A stretch of DNA of 64,000 nt from Eledone cirrhosa (Eukaryota): assembly GCA_964016885.1 (NCBI GenBank), contig OZ024745.1:113770001-113834000 (forward strand). The letters are read 5' to 3'. A model generated the notes under the pieces. It did not search any database and had not been told where the DNA came from. It worked only from the letters and a program-made list of their open reading frames with translations. Shown here one piece after another: positions 1 through 14,597 of this stretch (the first letter of the stretch is position 1; the number at the start of each line of letters is the position of its first letter). A program made the translations under genes and the position numbers.

Positions 1-319
1 TTTTAGAAATAAGAGGGTTTATTAGTTTAGTAATTTCAGCGTGAAATATTTAATGGTGGTTAAAATATGAAAACAAACACAGTTAACATTAAAAAGTGTT
101 AGAGTAATGAGAAATTAAACTTTCTAGAAATTCAACATGGATAATAGAATTACAAACTCATGTTTATCATTACGAAGTAACATTGAGATAAGCATTTAAT
201 TGAGTAATGTCTGCTTAAGCTTCATCCATTGGTGGTAAGTGACTGAAAGTACAATAGGATAGTCCACCACAGGGTTAACCTCTAAGCTGCTACTGCTTGT
301 GATCACTTTCTGTTTTCAA

Positions 320-440
320 CTGACTGGACTGGAATAACATGAAATGAGGTGTCTTGCTCGAAGATAAACTATCTGTCTTGTTCAGGAATCGAACTTCGAC
401 GTTATGAACATGTATTAAACACCTCAATCCCTCGGCTGCA
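320..440 (-). mobile_element. Degraded tRNA-derived SINE (CORE-like family B)
   Basis: Reverse complement shows a B-box-like gttcgattcc and gagcaagacac...ccagtccagtc, as in the 36426-36750 copy. Confidence 0.55.
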
Positions 441-707
441 TTTTAAGAATAACTTTATCTAACCATAGCTATTTATTATTTCAAATTATGGAAAGGAATA
501 TGTCTCCACGTGGTCGCTTGACATATTACAAATAGCATTGCGTTTTCATATTCAGAAGGGCTTACTATTTCCAATGAATATAATATATTTTTACAATTCT
601 GTATCCTATCCAGTCGCATAACTGGGGTCGATTTAATTGACTTTCCACTCGCCAAAATTGCTGGCATCATGCCCATAGTACAAATCATTATTATTATTAT
701 TCTTAAC

Positions 708-905
708 GGCGGTGGATTGGCAGTATCGATAGAGGATCGGACACCATGCTTTGACGCATAGAGTTACGGTCCTTGCCATTCTGAGTTCAAATCCCGTCGA
801 GATTAACTTTGCCTTTCATCCTTACGGGGTCGACAAAATAAAGTACCAGTAATGTGCTGGGATAATTGCTGGCCTTGTGCCAAAAGTAGAAACAATTATT
901 ATTAT
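708..905 (+). mobile_element. tRNA-derived SINE family A (Meta/MESC-like central domain), (ATT)n tail
   Basis: Head ggcggtggattggcag, B-box gagttcaaatcc, central ctttgcctttcatccttacggggtcgacaaaataaagtaccag, tail agaaacaattattatt. More than 10 copies in the window; a 3' fragment also lies at 621-700. Confidence 0.85.
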
Positions 906-929
906 TAACGCTTTTGTTCTGGCAGATGT

Positions 930-1385
930 TACACCGACACCAAAACAAAAGAGCGAGACATAGCCAATGGCCAAAGCTCCTTCCTTCTCCTCCAACATTC
1001 CAACAACCTTCTTAGAATTCTTGCTGCAACAATCCTGTCCTGGTGATAATTCGTAGCTTCACAAGGCAAGTATCCAACCTACTTCTAACTGCTCCCAGTG
1101 CGCCAACTACAATCGGTGCCACTTCTATGGGTCTGATTCTCCACAGTTTCCTGATTTCTCTCTTCAGCTCCTGGTATTTCTCAAATTTCTCACTTTCCTT
1201 CTCATTCACTCTGTGGTCCCAGGGTGAAGCAATATCCACAGTACATGCATTGTTATTCTTCTTTTCTACAACAATGTCAGGCTCTCTAACCACGATAAAA
1301 TACTGGCACTTGATGGTCATCCCCTACAAGATCTTATATTGTCCATTTTCAGCCACCCTTTCCGGTTTGAGTTCATACCATATCT
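930..1385 (-). mobile_element. 3' fragment of non-LTR retrotransposon with restriction-like endonuclease (R4/Dong-like)
   Basis: ORF 1012-1320 has REPDIVV...VDIASPWD...EKFEKYQELKREIRKLW...PIVVGALG, the PD-D/E RLE C-terminal signature. Confidence 0.85.
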
Positions 1386-1699
1386 CACTTCGCATAGAAT
1401 TATCTCCTAGTCGCACAGAAGTTTTCAATTTGTTTCCCTCTTTAAAGGGATATATCGTAATGTTTGAAAACACACTACACTGTATTCTATTCTTAAGAGG
1501 TACAACTCCTCTAAGCCTGCCATCTATTGTTATATCCCAACCACTTCTGGTAACTTACACTCATTAACCACATTTAAAATGTTGAATCTCTCTCCCTATT
1601 TAATAGCCACAAGTACGGCTTTTGAAAAGCCGTATCCACTGGAGACCTACTCTCTTGCATTAATCACCTTCGTCCTCTCCCCGCTCCATCCTTCCAAAT

Positions 1700-2095
1700 T
1701 TAGTAAAAACGATATGATTGTCTTCTACATAAGCCTGAATGCATTCGACCGTGTCCAGCATGCCAATGTTCTAGAATAGCTTTCCACCCACATGTTCGTT
1801 TCGTCTCTCATCCTTTGAATCGGTGATATATTGTCAGATAAACATGATCATCTCACTACCATAATCTGTTAGATCGATACAAATGCTAAGATTCATATTC
1901 ATTGAAGATCTCACCTGGCTAACATACATCGTCAACATCTCAAAGAGTGCAATACCCAAGCTGGCCTTTCTCGTCAGATCGAGAAACTAATTCAGCTTTC
2001 CAGTAACCACTAGTAACTCAACTCTCTACAAAGCTCAAGTGACACCTGCAATAGAGCACTACTCCCACATACGAGACGGCGTTGCTACTTCATAT
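1700..2095 (+). mobile_element. Degraded LINE reverse-transcriptase fragment (CR1/Jockey-like)
   Basis: AFDRVQH motif near 1740 and LYKAQV..A.EHYSH (LYK..VRP.MEY.S.IW-like) near 2025-2070, with stops and frameshifts. Confidence 0.6.
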
Positions 2096-2843
2096 AAATA
2101 TCTTAGCCTGTATATAAAAAAAAAGATAAATAGATAGATTGATATGAAGTCGCTCAACTCACCTACACAGGTGAGCTGAAACAAAACAACAACACCAACA
2201 TCAACCAAAATAACAATAACAATAGCATCATCACCAACAATAACAACAACAACAGCAACGAGAGCAACATCAATAAAAGCAACAACTAACAACGGAATCT
2301 ACAACAACAAAAACAATAACAGCATATACCTTTTGGTCTCTCATTTCGCCGACCTCGGAGAAATGGTTATTAAGACAAAGTCAACATGTACGACTAAGCA
2401 TTTAGATATTTAGTCTAGTGCTCTACTATTACTAGCTCGCCATTACCCTCCATCATTTTCAATATCCTCACGCAATAGATGGCAATAACTACAAATCAAA
2501 GTGAACAGCCACAGAAAAAAAAAACAAATGACGGCTGATTATTTCCTTCCCACTCGTAGTAAGGACAATGTAATCATTGAGTGGCTAGAAAACTAATTCT
2601 CATTCAATTACTGAGTTAAAATTCTCTTATTAAATCACTCACAACCCTATCTATTTACATTAAAGATCGTTAGATATATCTTTTTTCTTTTGAGACCGAT
2701 CAGACTTTTATTTCCTTCTCTCTTTTCCTTTCCGGTAATATACATTGTCTGATCGAATGCCCAACTACTTTATACGCATATAGTTATGTTTCTTCTGTTT
2801 ATGTACACAAACATTCTGACACACACACACACACACACACATA

Positions 2844-2907
<64 letters not shown>

Positions 2908-2917
<10 letters not shown>

Positions 2918-3004
2918 CTCCCAAAAGTGTATACATACTTCAACAGCATTCTAATAAATATTGCCTGTTCAGGTAATCAAAGTGTGTACTTTTGGGACAC
3001 CTTG

Positions 3005-3006
<2 letters not shown>
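2908..3006. mobile_element. Tc1/mariner-type MITE in TA repeat
   Basis: Imperfect TIRs gtgtc(t)cccaaaagt / acttttgggacacc. Interior acttcaacagcattctaat is shared with 56718-56800. Confidence 0.65.
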
Positions 3007-3030
<24 letters not shown>

Positions 3031-3037
<7 letters not shown>

Positions 3038-3195
3038 GATTCGGGGTCCGATGGCTGAACTCCTCTTGCCGATTCGACAGATAGTTTCTGAAACTAGCTG
3101 TCAAAACGGCAAGAGCTCACCCATTGGGCTCCAATTCTTTCTAAAAGAGTCACACTTTACTATCCAATGTATCGATGATATTACACCCAAGTGAT
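3031..3195 (+). mobile_element. Old fold-back PLE-derived mini-element (family L)
   Basis: Imperfect palindrome 3031-3144 plus 3' tail, abutting (TA)n; resembles 40261-40453. Confidence 0.55.
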
Positions 3196-3652
3196 AAATT
3201 CTACTGTATTACTCTTTTGTTAAAAACCTATAATTATAACAGAAAGTTCCCATTGTTCGCATTAAAAGTAATTTTGTGACATTTTTATGTCATGTATTTT
3301 TTTAAATATTAAATTAACATTTTTGAAATCGCTATTCTCACTCTTACTAGTTGTGAAGTCTCATTTAGAAATTATTAATCTCACTTTGAGGTGGAAAATC
3401 ATGCTTTAAAATATATGCTCACTTGGAATTACAAATGCTCCAGTAGTTACTGCGTTGTAGGTTGAGGTTCTGATAGCAGTTGTAGTGGTGGTTTATGTAT
3501 TAGTGGCATTTATTATGGAATGGTATGGTCCCATAACTCTTGAAGGGGTAGTTGGTGCACCGTATTGACATACGGCGTTTCTAGGACATTATTTAAACCT
3601 GGTACACACCATCTCCTCTCCAGGTCAGAATACAGCAGATTTCTTCCTGTGA

Positions 3653-3713
<61 letters not shown>

Positions 3714-3716
<3 letters not shown>

Positions 3717-3874
3717 CAACCCCAGTACTTGACTAGTACTTTTTTTATCGACCTTGAATGGATGAAAGGCAAAGTTGACCTCGGCGGTATTTGAACTCAG
3801 CAAGAGCAGCGAGCAAAAACGAACACCGCAAAGCATTCTATCAGATGTTCTAACGACTCCATTAATTCGTCACC
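3714..3874 (-). mobile_element. SINE family A, diverged
   Basis: Reverse-complement central domain ggatgaaaggcaaagttgacctcggcgg and B-box tttgaactc. Confidence 0.75.
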
Positions 3875-4183
3875 ATATGCCATTTATTATAGAGGTAATT
3901 AAAACCGCAATATTTTATTTCTTTCGGAAGGGTGAGAATTGCTGAAAATCCAGTCTTTATCCTCCATGATTCATAGAGCAAAACACGAATGTAGTTTCGC
4001 ATGGCCTTCTGTAGGTTCAGAGTAGTATAATGTAAGGAAATCACGGTGAAAGTGGGGTGCATAGCTAAAAGGAAAAATAACCAGATAATATAAAACATGT
4101 TTAATTTAAAGGTGGAGAGATATAAATCTCATATTTTTTTTTCTTTGCTACCTCTCTCCTTCTCTCCGATTTTTATCTCTCAG

Positions 4184-4266
<83 letters not shown>

Positions 4267-4320
4267 ACACTATATATATATATATATATCATATATATAT
4301 CATATATATATCATATATAT

Positions 4321-4394
<74 letters not shown>

Positions 4395-5409
4395 ACTACA
4401 CATATAATACATACGAGAAGCAAAACATATCGTGGAAGGCGGATTCGGCTCACCGCAGTAGATCCAGCCCCTCCATTACAACAGAACCATATTTAAAAGA
4501 TATTGTGACATTTGTGCATGTCTCGAAAGAATTAGCGGGACTGGTTTTGATTGAAATTGAAACCTGTTGCAATACTCTGCTTGGTGATAGCTTACTACAG
4601 TTGCTGTAGTAAATATTGATTTCTATATTTGACAGAAAGACACATATTTTGGTGTTCGGGTAGGAATAAGTCGATTAACAACCCAAAGTTCATTATTATT
4701 ATTATTATTGTTATTATTCTTTGAGTCTCAGGCTTTTGAATGGTTTCCGATTACTCAGTTTTATTCACAATGCTTGGATCGACTCGCGGTTATCTTAACC
4801 ATTTTGCATTCATATTACTCTATATTTACTATTTTATTTTCACAGAAAAGGCTTTATCTCACATAATATCGAATCTATGAAATTGAGTTATTATTGATTT
4901 TGAGAACAATACCTTAACGTCTGTATGAGCAGCCGGTTATGACAGAAATAGGTGAGAGAATACTGGCTGGACATGGCCGGTTTAAATCTTAAAGGGTTAA
5001 GGCTACATAGTGGGATCTAACATGTTATCTTACGATTGAGAAACCAAGGTCTTTAACTATTCAGCCATGCTGGGTCGACTTAAATTGAAACTAGTATATT
5101 ATTGATACTGTATTTATTTTTCTACTCCAAAATAATGGAAAAGTCAATCCATGTTGTATTTTGGATTTAATGGAACAATAAACAAATAAATAACTAAACA
5201 CGTAACATCGGATGCTCTACCGATTCTACCATTCTACCATCCTTTGCTATCAATATATATATATATGTATATATATGTGTGTGTGCGTGTGTGTGTGTGT
5301 ATGTGTGTGTGTGTGTGTGTGTTCGAAGCGGTATTAAGAACTAACATTTTGGCAAATAAGCGTGTTTCGAGGTAGTTTCTTCTTTATGTTTAATTCTACA
5401 TATCTGGGT

Positions 5410-5468
<59 letters not shown>

Positions 5469-6026
5469 CGCGTGTGTGTGTGTGTGTGAGCTTGTATATA
5501 ATAAATGTGTATAAGTGTATACGTGCGTGTTTGCATATATGTATGTATGTGTATTTGAATATGCGCATCTATATGAGTGAGCGAGTGTGTGTGTGTGTGT
5601 GAGTGTGTATGTATGTGTGAGTTTCATAATTTTTTTTCATGTCATATCAATCATTCATACACGGTTCGATCATTGCCTCGTTGCTGTGCAATATACGAAT
5701 CAAAGAAAAAAACCCAGAAAAATACAAAAAGAGAACAGAATAAAGGACTCGTGGAAATCTGATGCTTATTTCTGTAATACATGAATGGTATTTATTGCGG
5801 CACCAGTTGTTACTAAGTTTATCTTAGACCCAATGAACTGTATCGTGAAAATCATTTACCTGATATCTCAGGATCAAGTCGTTCTATATCATATTACAAG
5901 GATTTTGATGTTGCTGTTGTTGTTCTAGTTTGTTTTTTCAACTGTATTGTTACCGAAACATTTCGTTTGTACATTCTCTTTATAACGTTTAGTGAAAGTA
6001 ATATGAAAAACACGCGCACACGCAAA

Positions 6027-6098
<72 letters not shown>

Positions 6099-6118
6099 TG
6101 TATATATATGTATATATG

Positions 6119-6149
<31 letters not shown>

Positions 6150-6326
6150 GTGTGTGTATATATATATATGCATATATATGTGTGTATATATATATATATA
6201 AATATATATGTATATATATATATATATTTAAATATATATGTATATATCTATCTATATCTATATATATATAGATATAGATAGATATAGATATATATAGATA
6301 TATATACATATATATACATATATATT

Positions 6327-6398
<72 letters not shown>

Positions 6399-6461
6399 TG
6401 TACGTATATATATACACATACATACACTGAAAATTCCAAACTTGACTGTCACCACACAATA

Positions 6462-6500
6462 TGAACCTGAAGATTGCGAATGCATGAAAGTACTTGTTCA
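6462..6500 (+). ncRNA. Minimal type I hammerhead ribozyme
   Basis: tgaac-CTGAAGA-t.tgc(gaat)gca.t-GAAA-gtac-TT-gttca: 5-bp stem I, 3-bp stem II, palindromic stem III (AAGTACTT) typical of PLE dimeric HHRs. Confidence 0.75.
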
Positions 6501-6658
6501 ATTAACACTTTACATTTAATATTCTACCATACTATTTCATTCTAATAACATTATAAATTTTAAAGGATTGAATATAAAACGAGTAAATCAGACAAAGTTG
6601 GAATTCCTTTTATTAATATAATCTTCTATACACAATCATACACACCCGTGTATAGTTA

Positions 6659-6736
<78 letters not shown>

Positions 6737-6981
6737 CATACACACACACACATATATATATATATATGTATATATATGTATATATGTATATATATATATA
6801 TATGTATATATGTATATATATATGTGTGTATATATATATAAATATATATGTATATATATATATATATAAATATATATGTAAATATATATGTATATATATC
6901 TATATATATCTATATATATATATATGTGTGTGTATGTATGTATACATATACACATACATACACACACATATATATATACAT

Positions 6982-7017
<36 letters not shown>

Positions 7018-7106
7018 CTTGTTTTTCCTTGTTTTATTGATAGCGCACTGAATCTCTCTCTAGTGTGTTACCTTTTCAAGATATTGTATATATATACATA
7101 TATATT

Positions 7107-7141
<35 letters not shown>

Positions 7142-7253
7142 ACACACATATATATACATATATATATACATACATACACACACATATATATATACATATA
7201 TATATACACATATATATACATATATATATACACATATATATATACATATATAT

Positions 7254-7304
<51 letters not shown>

Positions 7305-7559
7305 TATACACATATATACACACATATATATACACATATATATACATATATATACACACATATATATACATACATATATACACACATATATATACATATA
7401 TATATATACATATATATATACATATATATATACATATATATATACACATATATATACATATATATATATACACATATATATATACATATATATGCACATA
7501 TATATACATATATATATATATATACACACATATATATACTTATATACATACATATTTAT

Positions 7560-7804
7560 AATAAATGTAATCTGAGTTTTTCGAATATTAATAATAATAT
7601 TCGATTCGTTTGCAATTATGCAAACAAGCCTCAATTTTATAGCCATGTCAGTTGAATGAACACAAGAGCAAGAATGAAGTGTTCATTCTACTGACATGGC
7701 TATAAAATTGAGGCTTGTTTGCATAATTGCAAACGAATCCAATGTTATTATTAATATTCGAAAAACTCAGATTACATTTATTGTATTCAGCCATGTAGAG
7801 CGAA

Positions 7805-7807
<3 letters not shown>
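7560..7807. repeat. Fold-back (hairpin) element between (TA)n tracts
   Basis: Arms 7560-7663 and 7679-7782 are near-perfect reverse complements, with a 15-nt loop and a 25-nt one-sided tail. Confidence 0.85.
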
Positions 7808-7845
<38 letters not shown>

Positions 7846-8115
7846 TATATATGATGGTTGCCCCCTCGTTATCGAGTATGGCCATTGCACGAGCAAAAAA
7901 CAACAACATAATAATAACAATAATAATAATAACAACAATAATAATAACAACAACAATAATAATATACATATATATATATACACACACATATATATACATA
8001 TATATACACATATATATATATACATATATATATATACATATATATACATATATATATATACATATATATATATACATATATATATATATACATATATATA
8101 CATATATATATATAC

Positions 8116-8210
<95 letters not shown>

Positions 8211-8350
8211 AATTTGTCCACTTCACCACCAACGTACATTATCATATGTTTATGCATGTCTAAAACAATAGACAGAGGAATGGAAGACTGAACACTATAA
8301 GGAACTGCTACTACCACCACCACCACCAATATTACTACTACTATTACTAC

Positions 8351-8386
<36 letters not shown>

Positions 8387-8544
8387 TGCAATTATTATTA
8401 TTATTGTTATTATTATTATTATCATTTATAACACCTGCCAAGAAATAATAATTGTAGCCATTAAAAATACATTGAAATTTAAAGGAGGAATACAAAAAGG
8501 TGAACATAGTTGAACCTGTTCTATAGGATATATTTAAACATATT

Positions 8545-8645
8545 GAAATAATGTAGGATGTATTTATACATGTGGAAATAATGTAGGATATATTTATACA
8601 TGTGGAAATAATGTAGGATATACAGCATTTATACAGGTGGAAATA
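8545..8645. repeat. About 30-bp minisatellite, about 3 copies
   Basis: gaaataatgtaggat(g/a)tatttatacatgtg repeated in tandem. Confidence 0.8.
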
Positions 8646-8868
8646 CAAAATATCTATAAGTGTAATCGAAAAATAAAGTCTTTCGTTTTCTTTCGTTATG
8701 AGTCTATCTATAATCTCATTTATATGTAAATACATATATTTACATAATTATGCACATATTTACATTTTTAAATGCACATTTACATCATATTACATAACTT
8801 ATACGCATAAGTTTCCAATAATATTATTTATTTATCAAATTAAGAAAATACGTAACCCAGCACATTCT

Positions 8869-8952
<84 letters not shown>

Positions 8953-9133
8953 CACACACTCACACACACACTCACACACACACACTCAGAGAGAGAGAGA
9001 GAGAGAGGGGGGACATACACAATCACACATGCTATATGTATTGAAAACTAACTAATCACAAATAAATTCATGAATATGCATATGTGCATTTGTATTTTGA
9101 GAGAGTTCTATGTTCACAGTTTGATCTAACTCT

Positions 9134-9181
9134 GCATTACCTGCGGTTTCAAGACAAAAAATACGCTAATTCATCAGATAC
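9134..9181 (-). ncRNA. Hammerhead ribozyme motif, degraded stem II
   Basis: Minus strand gtat-CTGATGA-(20 nt)-GAAA-cc(gca)gg-TA-atgc; stems I and III pair. Confidence 0.55.
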
Positions 9182-10016
9182 TTAGGAGAAAAGTCAAACA
9201 AAATGGAGAAAAGGATTCAGGAGCTTGCTAAGTTGCTAAAAAGTCTGCGTTACGGCAATGCCATTAATTTTCATGGCATCCACCGACATCATGTGTTTTT
9301 TTTCTCATAGGTCATTGTGTCAAATCCGTGTATCTGATGTCGCTAAGAGGCATGATCCATCTAGAGGACAGCAGGGCTCGAGCAGTTGCATGCTGGTGTG
9401 CGTGTTGTGGTTTTTGAGCGTGTGTGCTTCTTTTCTGTTATAACTTGTGATATCTAACGTTATATTTTCTGAACATTGTAGGATTTAAATATCTTCTAGT
9501 AATCATGGCTGTATGAGAAATTTTTACTGGTCAGGAACATGACGTTCTTGGCTATATTCGTCGATGTCTCGATGTCTCTGAATTGAATGGACGATTGAAC
9601 TCTGTTTTCTCCTTCTAACGCACATAACCATAAATACTAAAAATACTAAAAATCACTTGTGCCAAACCCCCCCCCCCCGATACAGATACACACACTCATT
9701 ATCACACATAGAGACATATATATGAGTGTTGTAGTATGTGCATGCCAGAATGTGCATGCGTGTGTCTGTGTATTTTGAGATATGTATAGTTAATGTTCGT
9801 ATATATTCTTACGGAGGCATCATAATTTTGACTCAATATTCAAAGATTTTGATATCATTTATTTGCAACTAACATATCATATCAATTTTGGTGAATTTTA
9901 TTATTTTAGTTATAACTCATAAAATAGTTATTTTCGTTTTTTTTTTTTTGTATTTTTTTTTGTATCCATGCTTTATTTTCATGAATATATATATATATAC
10001 ACATACATACATACAG

Positions 10017-10106
<90 letters not shown>

Positions 10107-10170
10107 ATATATATATGTGTATATATATCTATATCCATACCTGCATTGTTTTGGCCTTACAACTACAAAC

Positions 10171-10202
<32 letters not shown>

Positions 10203-10207
<5 letters not shown>

Positions 10208-10974
10208 AAATTGGAACGGGTACAAAAACAGAGAGGCAGTACAAACAAAGGTTTATTAGTTTCACGCTCTTGAGAGTGGGGGGTGGGGAACGACGTTTCG
10301 GGCATAAGCCCTTCTTCGGGAGAAAAGTGGGTGGGAAGAGAGTTCCGAGGGTGTGTGTGGGAGTGGTGGAGAGACATTTAGAAAAAAGGTGGTGGGGGTA
10401 CAAATAAAAATAAAAATAAACATAAAGATAAACAAGTGGTGGAAGGGTGTGGGGCGTGTAGGGGTGGTAGCGGGTGGAGTAGGGAGAGCGAGGTGTTTGT
10501 GGTGTTTGTGTATGTGTGTAAGTGTACGTGTGTGCGTGTGTGTGGATGTGAGAGTTGGGGGAAGAACGAGGTTCCATGTTCAGGAAAAGGTGTGTGTGTG
10601 GGGTGTAGGTCAGTGTGTGTGTGAGTGTGGATAGGGAGGGGTCAAAGGGGTGGGGGAGGAGGTGTGAGGATTCCGGAGGCTGAGTGTATATATGTGGGGG
10701 TACGCACGTGTGTGTTGGTGTTTATACGTGGTGTTGATTTAGGTGGCGTGGTTCGAAAAAAAATGTTCAGTGTATGTCCGTGGGTAAGTTCCTAAGGTAG
10801 TTCCGTAGAGGGTGCGGAGAGTTGCCGGATATTTTTCATGTTATGGAGTTGATAGTTGGAACGATGCCCTGTGGTGTGTAATCCGTTGGTTGTGGTGGTC
10901 GGAAGTGGGGAGATGTGGGGTGCACGCGCAACAGGAAGTGGTCAGAGGGTTAAGGCAGGATGAAGGCATAGCAG

Positions 10975-10975
<1 letters not shown>
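10203..10975 (-). mobile_element. PLE-like terminal-repeat fragment inserted in (TA)n, with HHR motif at 10288-10323
   Basis: Minus strand CCGAAGA-a.gggc(ttat)gccc-GAAACGTC, a classic PLE minimal HHR with U4C and lost stem I. Flanked by TA tracts on both sides. Confidence 0.55.
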
Positions 10976-11011
<36 letters not shown>

Positions 11012-11021
11012 ACACACAAAT

Positions 11022-11080
<59 letters not shown>

Positions 11081-11200
11081 TATATGCGTCTTAATATATT
11101 TAGTCATACACGTATACATATCTCAAAATAAACAGACACACGCAAATTATTGCACGTATATACCCACAGACTCATATATATGTCTGTGTGAGAGAGAATT

Positions 11201-11319
<119 letters not shown>

Positions 11320-11886
11320 ATGTGTGTGTGTGTGTGTGTGCATGTGTGTGTGTGTGTGTGTATGGGTGCAAGTGATTTTAAGTATTTATGGTTATGTATT
11401 ATATAGTATCAGTCCTACTAAAAGCTAGTATTCTTGTTCCTACCTCCTTTAGCATAAATGTCCAGTTTCGATGTTATTCATCTGAATTTGACACATCGAT
11501 TCCATTATTACTTCAAGCGAAATAAGTCCATTTTGTTCAATCTATCCCTCTTCTATTTCATATTTTGGCTTCCTTCATTATTTTCACGCATATATTTTTA
11601 ATTCTCCTTTTCTTGGAGCTTATTTTCCCCATACTTTAACCATTTCACTATCCCAGTTTTGTATTATCCTTTACATATTTGTAGCCATTAAGAAATTCGC
11701 TTCGGAAGCACGCAGTTTGGAATTCTACCCAACTGTGCAATACCTTGAGTAATTAATTTATGCTTCCAGGCTTAAAAGATCATCCCGTTTTTTACCAGAT
11801 GTAACATATCTAAAGACTATTTTACGATACTTTTAGTAATTTGGACGTTAATTATTTGGTAATATTATGTTAATATGTTAATAAAG

Positions 11887-12560
11887 GGCGGTGGATTGGC
11901 AGTATCGGTAGAGGGTCAGACACCATGCTTTCCAGCATAGTTACGTCCCTTTACGATCTGAGTTCAAATCCCGCCGAGGTTGACTTTGCCTTTCATCCTT
12001 ACGAGGTCGATAAAATAAAGTACCAGTAATGCACTGGGATAATTGATGGCCTTGTGCCAAAAGTAGAAACAATTATGTTAATATGTTAATAAGGCGGTAG
12101 ATTGGCAGTATCGGTAGAGGGTCGGACGCCATGCTTTCCAGCATAGTTACGTCCCTTTACGATCTGAGTTCAAATCCCGCCGAGGTTGACTTTGCCTTTC
12201 ATCCTTACGGGGTCGATAAAATAAAGTACCAGTAATGCACTGGTAATTGCTGGCCTTGTGCCTAAAGTATAAACAATTATGTTAATATGGTTGCGGTGGT
12301 TTATTTTGAGATATGTACATGTGTATGACTAAATATATTAAGACGCATATATGTGTGTGTATATATATATATAAGGTGGTGGATTGGCAGTATCGGTAGA
12401 GGGTCGGATGCCATGCTTTCCAGTATAGTTACGTCACTTAACGATATGAGTTCAAATCCCGCTGAGGTTGACTTTGCCTTTCATCCTTACGGGGTCGATA
12501 AAATAAAGTACCAGTAATGCACTTGGTAATTGCTGGCCTTGTGCCAATAGTAGAAACAAT
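11887..12560 (+). mobile_element. Three near-tandem copies of SINE family A
   Basis: Copies at about 11887-12072, 12093-12277 and 12374-12560, each followed by the same flank attatgttaatat. Confidence 0.9.
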
Positions 12561-13044
12561 TATGTTAATATTGTTGCAGACTTATTATCTAACCTTTAAA
12601 TTGAATACGAAAGAAAGGAGATATTATCCCTAATATAAATTACGAAATACTCTTTGATTTGTAACAATGAATTTTAACAACATATATTACAAAACACACA
12701 ATCATAAAAGATTTTAATCTGATAATCAATACATAATTTTAACTAATCTCGGGTCTCAAAATAATAGTGAGGTGGGGTTGGACATTTGCTTAAATTCTTA
12801 AAAGCGAGGGTGGTGGAATAAACGGGGGAGAGGCAACCGATAATTGTATAATGTACGTTCATAAATATGGGATTTCTTGTCATGTTCTTTTTTCTTTTGC
12901 CATAGATGTAACTTTTTCCATTTAAGCAAGGGAGGGTATTTTTCTCTACTAAATTTAGTTAAAAAATTAAAGATATTTTATTGTTTATTTAAATATTCAC
13001 TTCTTTAAAATGTTCAAATGTCAACTCTTCCGGTTATACGACAT

Positions 13045-13208
13045 TCCTCTCTCTTTCTTAGTCTGTCTTTTTAGATAGATACATAGCTAAAACGTCGCGC
13101 CCTTATAATATGTCTATATGTCTGTTTGCATTACGAAAACCATTCTGTTCATTGACTTCGCTATAACGTCGCGCCTTTATAATATGTCTATGTATGTCTG
13201 GCTGTCAG

Positions 13209-13281
<73 letters not shown>

Positions 13282-13418
13282 GAAACACACAGATACATGC
13301 GGACACACACATATATACATGAATGCATCCGCACCCAACTGTGAGTTAAGGGTATATATATATGTAGGCCGCAGAACACGCCAATGGTAGCCGGGCGCCA
13401 GCCGGGTGGGCCAGCTAG
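13045..13418 (+). mobile_element. Non-autonomous Helitron, 3' part
   Basis: Ends in a GC-rich hairpin-like ccgggcgccagccgggtgggccagCTAG|T. Interior ttttagatagatacatag...cgcccttataata is shared with 35383-35460. Confidence 0.65.
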
Positions 13419-14597
13419 TGTAAAATAAAATTATTAGATTCTCCCGCTGCTGCTGTATCGATATGAATCACTTACAATAAAGTTTCGCCGGAGATAGATT
13501 AGGAAAATATATGCGGGGTGGTGGAATAAAAGTGGAGGTGGGCTTGGAAAAAATTTGAAAAATTGATAAGTGTGGGTGGAAGGAGAATTATTCAAGAGAC
13601 TACGTAAATTGCAAAATATACAATACAGAACATATATATTTGTATTATTTATGTTAATAACAATTTCTTCTACTAAAATTGAGATCAAAGAAAGTGTACT
13701 TGTGCATCCTTCGCTAAAAAAATATTTGTTGAAAGGTAGCAAATAAATTATCTGAAGTTATTCGCGTAATTTGCTATTTACATTAATGGTCATGTCACTT
13801 CAACTTTTTTAATGCGCTGAAAAAACAAAATTCATTAAAGTGAAATAACGAAAGCAAATTAATAAATCAGAAATTAACCTGCAATGCCGTAATGTACGGA
13901 ATCTAAAACCTAATGAATGTACTAATTACGACAAAAATGTGTATTACTCAATATGTTAATCATTTTAAAAGGTGGTAGGATGGGATTTCTAAGAAATTTG
14001 GCTGTTACTTTTAGTGGGTTCAGCTTCCGTATACAAGCCCGTGTGTGTTCAATGATCGTCTTATTGTAATGGTTTAGCCCCGGATCAGCCCTTATTAGGT
14101 AGACTTATTAGCAAAAATATCTCGATGGTTCAATGATCATTTTTTGTTGATGTTGTTTAGCCGCAGGTCAGGTCTGATTGTCCAAACCTTTTCCCAAAGG
14201 TATTCCAACTGTAAACATCCCACCATTCCATGTTTAAGATATAGGATTATACTAGTCAATCTATTATTGTTTCATGTACGCCGGCAGGTTATGGCTTTAG
14301 GAACATACTCGTCTCCCTGTTAGTCACATAGTTCTGAACGATTTTAAATTAGTTCTAATGTTAGTCAAGATGCGATGTAAAGAAATCATCGCTCGTACAT
14401 GATTGTGCCTGAATTTCGTGTTTTGCCTGTATTTATGTGCGGGTGTTTCACATTTCTTTGTCAGTACTGACGCATTCGATATTATACACGTGTTTTTTGT
14501 ATTATGTATGTGACTCCTATGCATGTGTGTGAAGGTGTGTAGGTGTGCTTGCTTGCGTGCGTGCGTGTGTGTATGTATTTATATATATATATATATT

